This document shows, one piece after another, positions 1 to 10,227 of a stretch of 64,000 nt of DNA. The notes under the pieces are model-generated. The model ran no database searches, had not been told where the DNA came from, and saw only the letters and a list, made by a program, of their open reading frames with translations. Where the stretch lies: assembly GCA_963798975.1 (NCBI GenBank), contig CAWCVU010000006.1, positions 34,682 through 98,681 of the forward strand, written 5' to 3'. The translations under genes and the position numbers were made by a program. Source of the stretch: an uncultured Gammaproteobacteria bacterium (lineage in GTDB: Bacteria; Pseudomonadota; Gammaproteobacteria; JABCZS01). The number at the start of each line of letters is the position of its first letter. The first letter of the stretch is position 1.

Positions 1-725
1 AGGGCTTCACCTAAGGCGAGCGCAGTATCTTCTACCGTGTGATGTTCATCTATATGTAAATCACCTAATACTTCTAGGGTTATACCGATACCACTGTGTT
101 TGGCTAATTGTTCTAACATGTGATCAAAAAATCCGATGCCCGTTTTAATTAAAATGGGATTGGGATGATCTAGGTTGACGTGAACATCAATGTGGGTTTC
201 TTTAGTTTTACGAACCACGTGCGCTATTCTATCTTGGCTTAATAATTGTTTGGCAATGTGCGACCACGTGTTGGTTTTATTATAAGCAAGATAATGGATG
301 CCCATATTTTCTGCTAATTCATGATCAGTTTTTCGATCGCCTATGACATAACTATTGGCAAAATCTATCGTATTACTTTTGATATAATCTAAAACCAACC
401 CTAAATTAGGCTTGCGGCACTGACATTTATCATCTGGCATATGCGGACAGATTTTTGTATCATGAAATTCAACGCCTTGCGAGGTTAAAATATGCATTAA
501 TAATTGATGCGGTGCATCAAAATGAGCTTGTGGAAAACGATGAGTGCCTAGACCGTCCTGATTGCTGACCATAATTAATTTAAAACCTGCTTGTTGTAGT
601 TGTAATAAAGCAGGTATTACGCCAGGTTCTAAATTTAGTTTTTCTAGACTATCAATTTGATAATCTGTGGGCTCAGTAATAATAGTACCGTCCCTGTCGA
701 TAAATAAATATTTAATTTTGCTCAT
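1..725 (-). CDS. hisB: bifunctional histidinol-phosphatase / imidazoleglycerol-phosphate dehydratase HisB (3' end runs off window)
   Basis: My own minus-strand translation from the ATG at 725 gives [19 protein letters not shown] (HAD DxDGT motif), then [15 protein letters not shown]...[15 protein letters not shown] (IGPD-like). It is absent from the ORF track because no stop lies in the window. It overlaps the hisC stop by 14 nt. Confidence 0.85.
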   Translation of the reverse strand, partial: MSKIKYLFIDRDGTIITEPTDYQIDSLEKLNLEPGVIPALLQLQQAGFKLIMVSNQDGLGTHRFPQAHFDAPHQLLMHILTSQGVEFHDTKICPHMPDDKCQCRKPNLGLVLDYIKSNTIDFANSYVIGDRKTDHELAENMGIHYLAYNKTNTWSHIAKQLLSQDRIAHVVRKTKETHIDVHVNLDHPNPILIKTGIGFFDHMLEQLAKHSGIGITLEVLGDLHIDEHHTVEDTALALGEA

Positions 726-1776
726 AATATTCCAAAAGGGTTTGTAATTGTTTGTTTTCCTCGGGCAAGCCTATGCTGATGCGCACGCAATTATCTAAGC
801 CTAACATATGACTGCGATCCCGAATAATAATATTTTGTTTTGCACAAAAAGCCACCAGAGCTTTAGCATTTTTAACTTTTAATAAAATAAAATTAGCCTC
901 ACTGGGCCAGATTTTTTCAACATAATTTAACTTGTTTAAAAAAGTAATCATGGATTCACGCGCTTGCTTTAATTTTTTAACTTGATCATGCATAACATTA
1001 AGATGTTCTGCTTGTAGCTCATGCAGTATGACATTCACAACGGGTGTAGCAAGCGGATATGGGCTAATCACTTTCTCTAATAATTTAATTAATTGCGGAT
1101 GCGCAAGTACAACACCACAACGCGCACCAGCCATACCATAGGCTTTTGAAAGCGTCCGCAATACAACTAAATTTTCATATTCATTTAAATATTGACTGAT
1201 GCTAGGTTTATCTGAAAATTCAATATAGGCTTCATCAACAATGATAATTGCTTTATTTTCAAGTGCTTTACATAAACGCAAAATATCATGTGCGGCATAT
1301 ATATTGCCAACAGGATTATTGGGACTACATAAAAAAATTAATTTACATTGTGGCTGCCAAGCACTCAATAAACCATCGACATCTAAGTCAAATGACGAAG
1401 TCAGTGGCACAAAAACCACGCTCGCGTGTTGAATATGCGCTGAGATTGAATACATATCATAAGTCGGCGGACAAACCATGATTGAATCTTTGCCTGCGGC
1501 GCAAAATGTCCGCAGCCATAGGTCGATGCCTTCATCACTGCCACGTGTCATTAGAATTTGTTCAGGTTTCACTTGATATAAATCAGCCAGACGTTTTCGT
1601 AATATTTCAGGTTGTGGTTGTGGATAGCGATGAATGTGTTCTTGCGAAATTTTTGGGTATGGATTTTCATTGGCATTTAAATAAATACCTGCAGCTGCAT
1701 GTTCGCGGCGGGCTGAACTGTAGGGTATCAAATTTAAGATTTCAGGTCTTGCTAAATTTAATAATGCATCAATCAT
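712..1776 (-). CDS. hisC: histidinol-phosphate aminotransferase
   Basis: 354-aa ORF with class-II aminotransferase features ([28 protein letters not shown] pyridoxal-Lys region). Lies between hisD and hisB. Confidence 0.9.
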   Translation of the reverse strand: MIDALLNLARPEILNLIPYSSARREHAAAGIYLNANENPYPKISQEHIHRYPQPQPEILRKRLADLYQVKPEQILMTRGSDEGIDLWLRTFCAAGKDSIMVCPPTYDMYSISAHIQHASVVFVPLTSSFDLDVDGLLSAWQPQCKLIFLCSPNNPVGNIYAAHDILRLCKALENKAIIIVDEAYIEFSDKPSISQYLNEYENLVVLRTLSKAYGMAGARCGVVLAHPQLIKLLEKVISPYPLATPVVNVILHELQAEHLNVMHDQVKKLKQARESMITFLNKLNYVEKIWPSEANFILLKVKNAKALVAFCAKQNIIIRDRSHMLGLDNCVRISIGLPEENKQLQTLLEYYEQN

Positions 1777-3062
1777 GAGAGTTCCTGTAATCGTAAAGTA
1801 ACCGCTAGCGCATGTGCATCTAGACCTTCTAGTTTCGCCAAAGTTTCAACACTAGGACCAATACTGACTAGACCTTTCGGGGTTAATTCTTGTACGCTGA
1901 TATTTAATAAAAAATCATTAAGATTCAGGCCGCTATAGCTGCGGGCATAACCATAAGTCGGCAGCACATGATTGGTACCGCTTGCATAATCGCCAACAGA
2001 TTCTGGCGCATAGGCGCCTAAAAATATTGAACCTGCACAGTTGACTTTGGGTAATAAAGCACGCGCATTTTGTGTTTGAATGATTAAATGCTCAGGGGCA
2101 TATTGATTACTTATCGTTATAGCCTTATCTAAATCATCGACGATGATTAAGGCACTGTGACTTAAGGCTTGTGTGGCAATTTCTCGTCTTGGTAATTGCG
2201 CTAATAATTTTGTTAATTCATCTTGTAAGGTTTGTGCAAATGTTTTTGATAGACAAATTAATATGACTTGCGAATCAGGACCATGTTCCGCTTGTGATAA
2301 TAAATCAGCGGCCACGAATTTGGGGTTAGCCTCATCGTCTGCTATAACTAATACCTCTGAGGGGCCAGCGGGTAAATCAATGGCAACACCCGCATTTTGC
2401 GCAACGTATTGTTTGGCTGCGGTTACCCAAGCATTACCCGGGCCAAATATTTTATCAACTTTTAATACGGACTCGCTACCATAAGCCATGGCCGCTATGG
2501 CTTGTGCGCCACCTAAGGTATAAATTGTAGCTATACCACATATTTGTGCGGCATAAATAATATGTGGATCAATCTCACCTTGTTTATTTGGCGGAGTACA
2601 TAAGATACGTTTGGTATTATCTGCAATTTGTGCAGGCACGCCCAACATTAAGGTCGTTGAAATCAGCGGTGCACTGCCACCGGGAATATAAAGTCCTACT
2701 GTTTGAATAGGTCGCGTTATTTTCTCACAGACGATGCCCGGGGTTGTTTCTACTTTAATTTTATGCGGGATTTGCGCGTGATGAAATGCATAAATATTAT
2801 GATAGGCCGTATCTATAGCCAGTTTAGCTTCGGGTGATATCATTGGTTTTAGGCTTGAGGTGTCTAAAGCCAGCTGATTTATTTCTACACCATCAAATTG
2901 TTTTGTAAATTGCTTTAAGGCTTGGTCGCCCAATTGTTTGACCTGATTGACTATTTGCTGTACTTGCGATTGTAAATCTGCATTGTTTTTTAATGCAGGC
3001 CTTGCTAGACACTGTTGTTGCTGAGCCATATCGAGCGCTTGCCAAATAAATGTTTTCATCAT
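1773..3062 (-). CDS. hisD: histidinol dehydrogenase
   Basis: 429-aa ORF with typical HisD motifs (GGAQAIAAMAYG, LSQAEHGPDSQ, GDYASGTNHVLPT). 4-nt overlap with hisC. Confidence 0.95.
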   Translation of the reverse strand: MMKTFIWQALDMAQQQQCLARPALKNNADLQSQVQQIVNQVKQLGDQALKQFTKQFDGVEINQLALDTSSLKPMISPEAKLAIDTAYHNIYAFHHAQIPHKIKVETTPGIVCEKITRPIQTVGLYIPGGSAPLISTTLMLGVPAQIADNTKRILCTPPNKQGEIDPHIIYAAQICGIATIYTLGGAQAIAAMAYGSESVLKVDKIFGPGNAWVTAAKQYVAQNAGVAIDLPAGPSEVLVIADDEANPKFVAADLLSQAEHGPDSQVILICLSKTFAQTLQDELTKLLAQLPRREIATQALSHSALIIVDDLDKAITISNQYAPEHLIIQTQNARALLPKVNCAGSIFLGAYAPESVGDYASGTNHVLPTYGYARSYSGLNLNDFLLNISVQELTPKGLVSIGPSVETLAKLEGLDAHALAVTLRLQELS

Positions 3063-3955
3063 TACATCATCATCTTTTCAAGAGGCATAACCAATATAGA
3101 ACTTGCACCGGCTTCTTTTAGCGCTTCTAGTGTTTCCCAAAACACACTTTCGCTGCATACGGCATGTATACCCACTTTTGTTGGATCCCCTTCTAAGGTC
3201 ATTAAGGTAGGATGTTCTACGCCCGGTAATAAAGCGACGATTTGTTGCAGTTTATCTTTTGGTGCATGAAGCATAATGTATTTACTTTCGCTGGCTTGCA
3301 AGACACCTTGGATGCGACGAATAAACAAATCAGCAATTTTTTGTTTATCGGGATCAAATGGTGGCTGTGCTTTGATCAGTAAAGCTTGCGAGTGTAAAAT
3401 TGTTTCAACTTCTTTTAAATGATTAGCAGCCAAGGTACCGCCTGTGGAGACTAAATCACAAATTGCATCGGCTATACCTAAGCGCGGTGCAATTTCTATA
3501 GACCCAGTTAAGCCTATGCTTTTAGCATGAATATTTTTTTCATCTAAAAAACGTTGTAATAAATGTGGATACGTCGTTGCTATACTTTTATTTACTAAAT
3601 GACTCGAATCGGCATAGTTAAATTCATTGGGAACTGCAATGGATAAGCGGCAAAAACCAAAATTAAGTTTTTGGACCAGAGACACCAATTGGCTATAATC
3701 CTGTGCTTGTCTTGAAAGCGCTGCCTCTTGCAGTACATTCATACCTACGATGCCAAAATCACAGACATGTTCCATAATAAGTGCAGGAATATCGTCATCC
3801 CGAACTAACAAAATATCAACAGGGAAATTTTCACTGTGACAAAACAGCTGATCCCGATGACGGCGAATTTTAATCCCACTGCGGGTTAACAGGTCAAAAG
3901 AATCCTCACTCAAGCGACCCGATTTTTGAAGAGCAAGGCGAATACGATTGTTCAT
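3062..3955 (-). CDS. hisG: ATP phosphoribosyltransferase, long form
   Basis: The ORF is 3062..3991. The likely start is the internal Met (MNNRIRLALQKSGRL) at 3955. DLVSTGGTL motif and a C-terminal regulatory domain are present. Confidence 0.9.
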   Translation of the reverse strand: MNNRIRLALQKSGRLSEDSFDLLTRSGIKIRRHRDQLFCHSENFPVDILLVRDDDIPALIMEHVCDFGIVGMNVLQEAALSRQAQDYSQLVSLVQKLNFGFCRLSIAVPNEFNYADSSHLVNKSIATTYPHLLQRFLDEKNIHAKSIGLTGSIEIAPRLGIADAICDLVSTGGTLAANHLKEVETILHSQALLIKAQPPFDPDKQKIADLFIRRIQGVLQASESKYIMLHAPKDKLQQIVALLPGVEHPTLMTLEGDPTKVGIHAVCSESVFWETLEALKEAGASSILVMPLEKMMM

Positions 3956-4119
3956 AGATGAGCTTCTTAGTAAAAAGACTAAGTTTAACATGGAGTTAAC
4001 CTTAGGGTCAAATGCTAGTTCTAGGTCAACCTGCTTAGTTCCTCTCTATAAATCAAATTTCGAGCCGAAAGATAATCTAGACTTAAATTATCATAATAAT
4101 AATAAAGTAGGACAAAACC

Positions 4120-5052
4120 ATGAATGCAGACACTTTTGCAGAGCTTAATCATCAATTAGACCTTTTAGAGGCTAATCCTGATTTAAAAGAAAATGAACGT
4201 CATCAAGAATATTATGCCCATAGCAGTGTTCATGGTGGAAATTTGCTCAAAGAACGTGCCTTGATGGTGAGTGCCAGTATTGATGAAGATGCGCCAGAAT
4301 ACGAGACTTTGGTGTTGCCGCTGACAGGTCGCATTGAAACCTTCTTTGCGCATCCTGAACTTGAACTGGATTTTGTCGATGAAGTACGCATGCTCAGGGC
4401 TCGCCGATTGATTGAACAGGGTAAATACACTCAAGCAGATTTAGTCTATACCCATATACCTTATAGCCCTATTTATGCCAAAGCTTTTGAGCAAAGAAAT
4501 CATTATTTTTTAAATGCCGTTAAAAATCATTTACATTTATTAAAAAAATTAAGCCATCCTTCGCATATTAAGCATCAACTGATCAGCGCGCTGCAAGCTT
4601 TATATTATGTGCGCGAATATCCTCATATGGATGATGTAAATGTCTATCAAAATGCTGAAGCTATTTTTGCCCACAATTATTTTACAGAAGCAAAAATGAT
4701 AGTCGCAAAAATTTGCACTGAAGTATTACCAGAAGGATTTCAAAATTTAAATCAAGGTGAAACCCTAATCGTTTATAAAGCCCTAGAAAACTATAAACAT
4801 GATTTATCACAATGGCGCGCCATCGTTAAAACCTTACAAAAACATTTTATTGAATTACTCTTTACCCAGCAACAATTTCAAAAACCAGATGAAAAGCTCT
4901 TACCCCTAGCCCACGCGCTACTGGATGAACCTACATCTACCCTTAGCACTTTGCAACATTTGGTTGGCAAAACACGCCTAGAAAAAGATTTTCTAGCCGC
5001 GATACTTGGCAATCAAAACGCTGTGGATCATTTGCAGCAGTTTTTACGCTAG
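4120..5052 (+). CDS. hypothetical protein (ORFan, helical, no signal peptide)
   Basis: Uninterrupted 310-aa ORF divergent from hisG. I recognise no domain. His/Leu/Gln-rich. Confidence 0.55.
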   Translation: MNADTFAELNHQLDLLEANPDLKENERHQEYYAHSSVHGGNLLKERALMVSASIDEDAPEYETLVLPLTGRIETFFAHPELELDFVDEVRMLRARRLIEQGKYTQADLVYTHIPYSPIYAKAFEQRNHYFLNAVKNHLHLLKKLSHPSHIKHQLISALQALYYVREYPHMDDVNVYQNAEAIFAHNYFTEAKMIVAKICTEVLPEGFQNLNQGETLIVYKALENYKHDLSQWRAIVKTLQKHFIELLFTQQQFQKPDEKLLPLAHALLDEPTSTLSTLQHLVGKTRLEKDFLAAILGNQNAVDHLQQFLR

Positions 5053-5146
5053 ATTATCAAGTTATCAAACTCTTAAATTAAAACATTTGCATTCATTACA
5101 TACATTTAGTAAGATGGCTATGTCAATCATTTTATAAGGTGTTTGA

Positions 5147-8100
5147 ATGTTTATCCAACTCTTGGCGCTTAGCGCAGCGATACACCTAATATTACGTGCA
5201 ACCCGTAGTCAAGCTAACATAGCCCAAAAAAACACCCTGCTTATAGATGACGGTGATTTCACACATGGTGAAGTGGACACCTCCTTGGTCATGGAGTTTA
5301 AGGTGCCCGATTTTCACGGTCACTATCAAACAGAAGCATTTCAAGTCTTTAATGCCCATGCACCTTATAGCGGGCTTATCAACGATCCTGAGCAAGCAGA
5401 AAAAGACTACCAATCCTTAGTTACTCAACAATTAACCCAAGAAAAACAAATCAATCTTTATCAAAATCTTATTTTATTTAAACAAGATGTCATTAAAGGT
5501 AAAGTAGACAAAAATGCAATCACCGGCGATTTATTACTAATAGTCGAGCTTATGGAATCAGCATTCGATCCACAAATCAGTTCCACTCTTCCTATTGAAT
5601 ACGATCAAAATGCCTATTACAAATTCATCAATACACAGCGTTCAGACTATTCACCTTATTTAATTAGTTTTTATAAAAGTATAAACAATCGAGAGCAAAA
5701 TAAGCAGGACCCTACTGATTGGGAACATAAGATATATTTCTCAAATCGACCTTACCTAAAAAAAATAATGGCCGGACAAAGTTTGATTAGTCAAGGCAAC
5801 AAAATACTCAGGTATTTATTGACCAGAACCGCTAAAGAAAGTTACTTCTTAGATCAACATAGCTTTGATCAAATTTATAACAAATACCGAACCCAACAAA
5901 ATAAGATAGCGATGAATGCTATTAAAATAGAATACGGCAAATCGATATTAAGCTGGGAATATATACTCTATATCATGGGCAGAGCCTATACTCAGCTACA
6001 TAAAGAACATAAACAACTACCCACTTTGAAAAACAGCCTCATTGAAACTATCAAAAAATTCAAGAATAAACCCTTTGTTAAAGGTAGTGAAAATTATAAG
6101 ATGGATGGCATTGGCTATGAAGTGATTACACAATGGCTTACTGATCAAGCCAAATTACTATTCAAAGAAACGTACATGGGTCAAACATTCAATATCCCAA
6201 AGGCAGAATCCGGGAATGAAATCATTTTATATGAAAACATGATCAAGACTTCCTCATATGGCATTTTTGAGGAGCAATATATAGGCTTTTATGAGCTCGG
6301 TATATATTTAAAAGAAAATAAAAAAGAATATTTTACTACCAAAGAAATTGCACAGCTCGAATATCAAAAATTATTATTAACGAAGGAAATGACTGAAAAG
6401 TATCAGGTTTTCAAGGAAAAAAAACTTATATTAGAGATAAAACAAGACGATTTTAACCAGGAAATGAGACGTCAAGCTGTAAGTTCGCATGAAATACTAA
6501 AAAACTTATCCGAACGATCACCTGTTGAAACAAAAACCCTAATGATTAGGTACCTGTTAAATGAGTTTAAAAAGAAATCAAATGATGCGGAATTTATAAA
6601 GGAATTAGAAAGTAGTATACTAGCAGAAAGAATATCCGACGAAGAATTAGCTTATCTTGACATTTACTTTATTGCTAAAAAATTAATGCAAGATGATATG
6701 GATTTGCCACATGCCACATTATTTAAATTTGAAGTCATAGAAAATATGAGGCTTCCTAACAATAAGGTAATACAAACTGAAATATATGCATATTCCCCAT
6801 CTGCATTAACCAATGAATATGAAATTTTTAAATCAACCTTGCTCGAACATTTAAAAAATGATTTGTGGTATCAGGCGTATGATTGGATAAATGCACTTCA
6901 AAGATGGAAAGTAAATTTTTACCCAGCATTACTTGTATTATTTGTTGCAACGTTTTACCTAAATCGACTTAATCAAAACAGAGGGCGAAACCAATCGTCA
7001 AAAATCTCAATACATGTTCAACCTGTTAGACCTACTATAAATTTAGAAACAATTGAGCAAGGAAAAGAAACTGAACTAGAGTTTGATGTGAAAATCATCA
7101 CAAGGGCTAGTGAACAAGCTAAACCCCATAAAGATTCAGCAAGAACCGAGCAAAAAAAAGAACCTGAAACTGAACCTGTAGAGAAAATCACAACAATACA
7201 GGATTTATGGGAATTATTTGAAAACTCCTTAGGCATTTACCCAGGTACCAATGAGCAAAGAAAATTGGCGCTTATAGCACTTAGAAAAAGTGAAATAAAA
7301 GGCGATGGGGAAAATGAAGAAAAATTAGAGGCACTCTGGCTCGCACAAGAGCGTGAGCTAAAGCATGATAAATTTATAAAAAAATACGCTGAGCTCTTAT
7401 GGGAAGATTTTGAAACAGCTTTAGATAAAACAAAAACTGCTGGCCATGTAGACGTTTTTAATAAAGTTCTTATAAAAATAAAGAATATTTACCTTGAAAA
7501 ACAACAAAACCTATCATGGCTCACTAAACCGCTACTGCTGCAGCAAGATGATTTTAACAATGAATACCTCGTCCAGCTAAACTACGAATTTAAATCGGTA
7601 CTTAACTTATACTTACCAAAATCAAAAGAAGATAAAAAGGCTTTTAATAAAACTTTGGGATTATTTGCAAATAGTAATTTAGATTGGTATTTACTGCCCA
7701 TGAGTAAAAAAATAGATGAATTTATAATTGCTTATTTAAAACAATTAGAGATTCCAGTATACAACGACACCATGAAGAATAATATTGAGTCTTATAAAGA
7801 ACTTTGCAGACTTAAGGACGAATATAGAAAACGTGAAGCGCTTGCTTTACCTGCTCCTAGTTTTGAAGCTAAACCTGAAAAGAAGGAACAAGATCATAAG
7901 GAGCCAGAAAACAATAACAATAATTTGGAAAAGCACACAGCATTTATTGGCTTGCAAACTAATGAGCAGATTAAAAACCTTGAGCAAAGCGCACAGTCAC
8001 AAGATCATATTCCAGAAGCACCAAAGGTGCCAAGCAATACAAATAACGCAACAGAAAAATTGTTATTAATTAAAAATGAAGGATACCAAGCATTCGCGGA

Positions 8101-8800
8101 TATTATTTATTATCACGTCAATAATGCAATGGTTGATGAGCATATCAAAATGCGCGCCTATAAAATGTTTATTATTATGTATCATAGCCTGCTTGACACA
8201 TCTGAATACAAATTTGAAAAAAGTATTTTAGATGACATTAGGCATGCGCTGGTGCATGACTGGGATGAATTAACAAATAAATTTAAGGGCAATTTGCTTT
8301 TAAATTTAGAAGTCACTTTATTTAATATTACACTACACAATAATAATGGTCTTTTTAAAGTAATGAAATCATTGGCTGATGTAGCAAGCGAGATGGATGA
8401 TGGTTATTTTCAAATGAACCGAGGATTGATCAACAAACACATTGACAATATTTCTGCAATTTCAAAACTCACTTCTCTTCTCATGGCCTATCAAGAAGCT
8501 CAAAATCATCAAAATTCAAATGCTTTGAATATGTATATGGAACAACTGGCTGTTATGGATATTTTGGCTTCAATGGGTGAGGTTTTTCAAAATAGTAATT
8601 TAAAAAATTTACCCGGATTTGAGAATATTAATGATCAAACATTTCGATTGTGTCGCAATATCACTTATCATAATAAAGATGCCAATGCGCTATTGCTGTG
8701 GAATGTACAACAACAGATACCTGAGCTTATAAACGCAGTAAACAGCAACAAGAATATTGCTGCCCCACAACCTCAAAAAATTATGTCTCGAGTCAATTGA
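5147..8800 (+). CDS. large hypothetical protein with C-terminal tandem HEPN(DUF86)-like Rx4H modules
   Basis: Uninterrupted 1217-aa ORF, Lys/Glu/Asn-rich. Hydrophobic N-terminus (MFIQLLALSAAIHLIL) and one central hydrophobic segment (FYPALLVLFVATFYL). Motifs IRHALVHDWDEL (R1032/H1037, nt 8240-8257) and CRNITYHNKDANALLLWNVQQQIPEL (R1170/H1175, nt 8654-8671). Confidence 0.7.
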   Translation: MFIQLLALSAAIHLILRATRSQANIAQKNTLLIDDGDFTHGEVDTSLVMEFKVPDFHGHYQTEAFQVFNAHAPYSGLINDPEQAEKDYQSLVTQQLTQEKQINLYQNLILFKQDVIKGKVDKNAITGDLLLIVELMESAFDPQISSTLPIEYDQNAYYKFINTQRSDYSPYLISFYKSINNREQNKQDPTDWEHKIYFSNRPYLKKIMAGQSLISQGNKILRYLLTRTAKESYFLDQHSFDQIYNKYRTQQNKIAMNAIKIEYGKSILSWEYILYIMGRAYTQLHKEHKQLPTLKNSLIETIKKFKNKPFVKGSENYKMDGIGYEVITQWLTDQAKLLFKETYMGQTFNIPKAESGNEIILYENMIKTSSYGIFEEQYIGFYELGIYLKENKKEYFTTKEIAQLEYQKLLLTKEMTEKYQVFKEKKLILEIKQDDFNQEMRRQAVSSHEILKNLSERSPVETKTLMIRYLLNEFKKKSNDAEFIKELESSILAERISDEELAYLDIYFIAKKLMQDDMDLPHATLFKFEVIENMRLPNNKVIQTEIYAYSPSALTNEYEIFKSTLLEHLKNDLWYQAYDWINALQRWKVNFYPALLVLFVATFYLNRLNQNRGRNQSSKISIHVQPVRPTINLETIEQGKETELEFDVKIITRASEQAKPHKDSARTEQKKEPETEPVEKITTIQDLWELFENSLGIYPGTNEQRKLALIALRKSEIKGDGENEEKLEALWLAQERELKHDKFIKKYAELLWEDFETALDKTKTAGHVDVFNKVLIKIKNIYLEKQQNLSWLTKPLLLQQDDFNNEYLVQLNYEFKSVLNLYLPKSKEDKKAFNKTLGLFANSNLDWYLLPMSKKIDEFIIAYLKQLEIPVYNDTMKNNIESYKELCRLKDEYRKREALALPAPSFEAKPEKKEQDHKEPENNNNNLEKHTAFIGLQTNEQIKNLEQSAQSQDHIPEAPKVPSNTNNATEKLLLIKNEGYQAFADIIYYHVNNAMVDEHIKMRAYKMFIIMYHSLLDTSEYKFEKSILDDIRHALVHDWDELTNKFKGNLLLNLEVTLFNITLHNNNGLFKVMKSLADVASEMDDGYFQMNRGLINKHIDNISAISKLTSLLMAYQEAQNHQNSNALNMYMEQLAVMDILASMGEVFQNSNLKNLPGFENINDQTFRLCRNITYHNKDANALLLWNVQQQIPELINAVNSNKNIAAPQPQKIMSRVN

Positions 8801-8803
8801 AAA

Positions 8804-10216
8804 TTACTTCTTAGGCAGATACAGAATCTGTAATCGTACCTTCAAATATTTCAGTGGCTAGCGCTACGGTTTCCGATAAGGTTGGGTGAGCATGTATCGT
8901 TAACGCAATATCTTCTGCATCACAACCCATCTCTATGGCAAGCCCTACTTCGGCAATTAAATCACCCGCATGTGGTCCGACAATGCTGCGCCTAGGATGC
9001 GATGTGTATCATTATCAAATATTAATTTAGTTAAGCCTTCACTGCGGCCCATGCTTAAGGAGCGACCACTGGCCGCCCAGGGGAAGACACCTTTGCCATA
9101 ATTCAAGTTTTGTGCTTTGGCTTGATCTTCTGTCAAACCGACCCATGCAATTTCCGGGTCTGTGTAAGCACACACTTGGAATGCATTTTGCGTCAAAGAA
9201 ATGATTTTTACCTGCAATGACTTCAGCAGCGATACGGCCTTCTGCTACTGCTTTGTGAGCAAGCATAGGTTGACCAATCACATCGCCAATGGCAAATATA
9301 TGATTTACATTGGTGCGTAATTGTTTATCTGCTTTAATAAAGCCGCGTTCATCTACATTTACCCCTGCTTTGTCGGCAGCAATTTTTTTGCCATTGGGTG
9401 TACGACCTACAGATACTAAAATACGGTCATACCGAACTGGTTCTGTGGGTGCGCCTTCGCCTTCAAAAGTGAATATAAATTCCGTCCGGTTTTGCTTCGG
9501 CATTAATTACTTTCGTTTTTAAGAATATATTTTCATAACGTTTTTTAACGTGTTTGAAGAAGGTTTGATAATGTCTTTATCAAAGCCACCGATTAAACTA
9601 TCACCTAATTCAACCATGCTTATTTTTGAACCTAAAGCATGGTATACCGTTGCCATTTCCATACCAATAATACCGCCGCCAATGACTAACATTTTTTCGG
9701 GGATGTCATTTAATTCTAAGGCGCCAGTGGAATCTATAATACGTGGATCAGTTGGTAAATTAGGTAATTTAACGGGTTGTGAGCCTACAGCAATAATTGC
9801 GTTTTCGAAATTAATGGTTTGCGTTTTGCCTTCAAACGTAACCGTGACTTCGTTTGGACCTGAGAATACAGCTTCACCTTGAACAACAGTTACATTGCGT
9901 TGTTTAGCTAAGGTTTTTAACCAACGGTTAAACGATTAACTACGCTTGTTTTCCAATCTAAAATTTTTGCAGGATCTGAATTGCGTGAACCATAATTTAC
10001 ACCGTGGGTAGATAATTCATCCACTTCGTCGATTACTTTTGCAACATGTAATAAAGCTTTTGAGGGTATGCAACCTACATTTAAACAAACGCCACCTAGA
10101 GTAGGAAAACGTTCAACCAACACAACTTTTTTACCTAAATCAGCTGCACGAAATGCGGCTGTATATCCACCAGGGCCGCTACCTAATACGATGACTTCTG
10201 TTTGTAAATCTGACAA
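8804..10216 (-). pseudogene. lpdA: dihydrolipoamide dehydrogenase (E3), full length but multiply frameshifted
   Basis: N-terminal piece 9917..10216 ([30 protein letters not shown] redox disulfide). Pieces 9039..9503 and 8957..9217 lie in other frames. The conserved tail [38 protein letters not shown], read by me in a third frame, runs to the stop at 8804. Confidence 0.85.
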
Positions 10217-10227
10217 GAGAAAACTCC

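Noticed and set aside
1241-1778. Plus-strand ORFs antisense to conserved minus-strand genes. Examples are 1241..1432, 1248..1481, 1482..1778, 2173..2484, 9550..9882, 10068..10277, 11358..11591, 33497..33742, 39798..40085 and 63308..63725.
   Set aside because: These are shadow ORFs opposite genes with clear homology-type signatures. They have no motifs, odd composition and no ribosome-binding sites that I could see.
3956-4119. A possible his-operon leader peptide or attenuator upstream of hisG
   Set aside because: Reading the minus strand upstream of hisG, I found no short ORF with a run of His codons and no alternative terminator/antiterminator hairpins.
5147-8800. A Cas13-like single-effector reading of the 1217-aa protein (large size, two Rx4H motifs)
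   Set aside because: No CRISPR array or adaptation genes are in the window. The two motifs are only 138 aa apart at the extreme C-terminus, whereas Cas13 HEPN domains are widely separated. Their sequence context looks like DUF86/HepT. The body of the protein is low-complexity and coiled-coil-like with TM-like segments.
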